DNA from: Octopus bimaculoides
Lineage: Eukaryota
Assembly: GCF_001194135.2 (NCBI RefSeq)
Contig: NC_068984.1
Span: 33,288,894-33,352,893 of the forward strand
Direction of reading: 5' to 3'
Length of the DNA: 64,000 nt
The notes under the pieces were generated by a model. The model did no database searches and had not been told where the DNA came from. It saw only the letters and a program-made list of their open reading frames with translations. Positions 63,790 to 64,000 of the stretch are shown piece by piece; positions within the stretch are counted from its first letter, which is position 1; each line of letters opens with the position of its first letter. The position numbers were made by a program, and so were the translations under genes.

Positions 63790-64000
63790 TTATATATATA
63801 TATACATACAGAGAGAAAGAGAGAGATGAAAAATCAATGTAAACTCATATAATTGTATGTAAGGATTCTCATACGCACGTACGCACGTAAGTTTGTTTGT
63901 ATGTATTCTTACACGCCTGCCCATTTATGCATGCACATCTCCATAAATACACACACACACACACACACACATGTATATATATATATATATATATATATAT

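Overview
This is AT-rich, microsatellite-saturated eukaryotic draft-assembly DNA with about 20 N-gaps, most flanked by (TA)n/(CA)n/(GA)n arrays. The repeat landscape looks like a coleoid cephalopod, probably Octopus. That is an inference from repeat density and SINE architecture, not from a database match. I recognise no intact host gene, no tRNA/rRNA gene and no CRISPR array. Almost all ORFs in the track are translations of microsatellites, N-gaps or the antisense strand of repeats. The supportable content is decayed transposons: two mariner relics; a Gypsy LTR+PBS+gag/protease remnant; a Penelope-like RT; an RTE/BovB-type LINE; at least seven 3' fragments of restriction-like-endonuclease (R4/Dong-type) LINEs; three tRNA-headed SINE families; and a non-autonomous Helitron carrying an inverted copy of its own 5' end. 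The items most worth a second look are a perfect 37-bp hairpin overlapping an exon-like segment (8499-8610), RLE-LINE ends abutting trinucleotide arrays at both junctions, the self-inverted Helitron, and modular or inverted SINE pairs. There is also a scattered set of + strand exon candidates that may belong to an unannotated gene. All exon calls are low confidence. Repeat boundaries were read by eye and are approximate to a few tens of bases.
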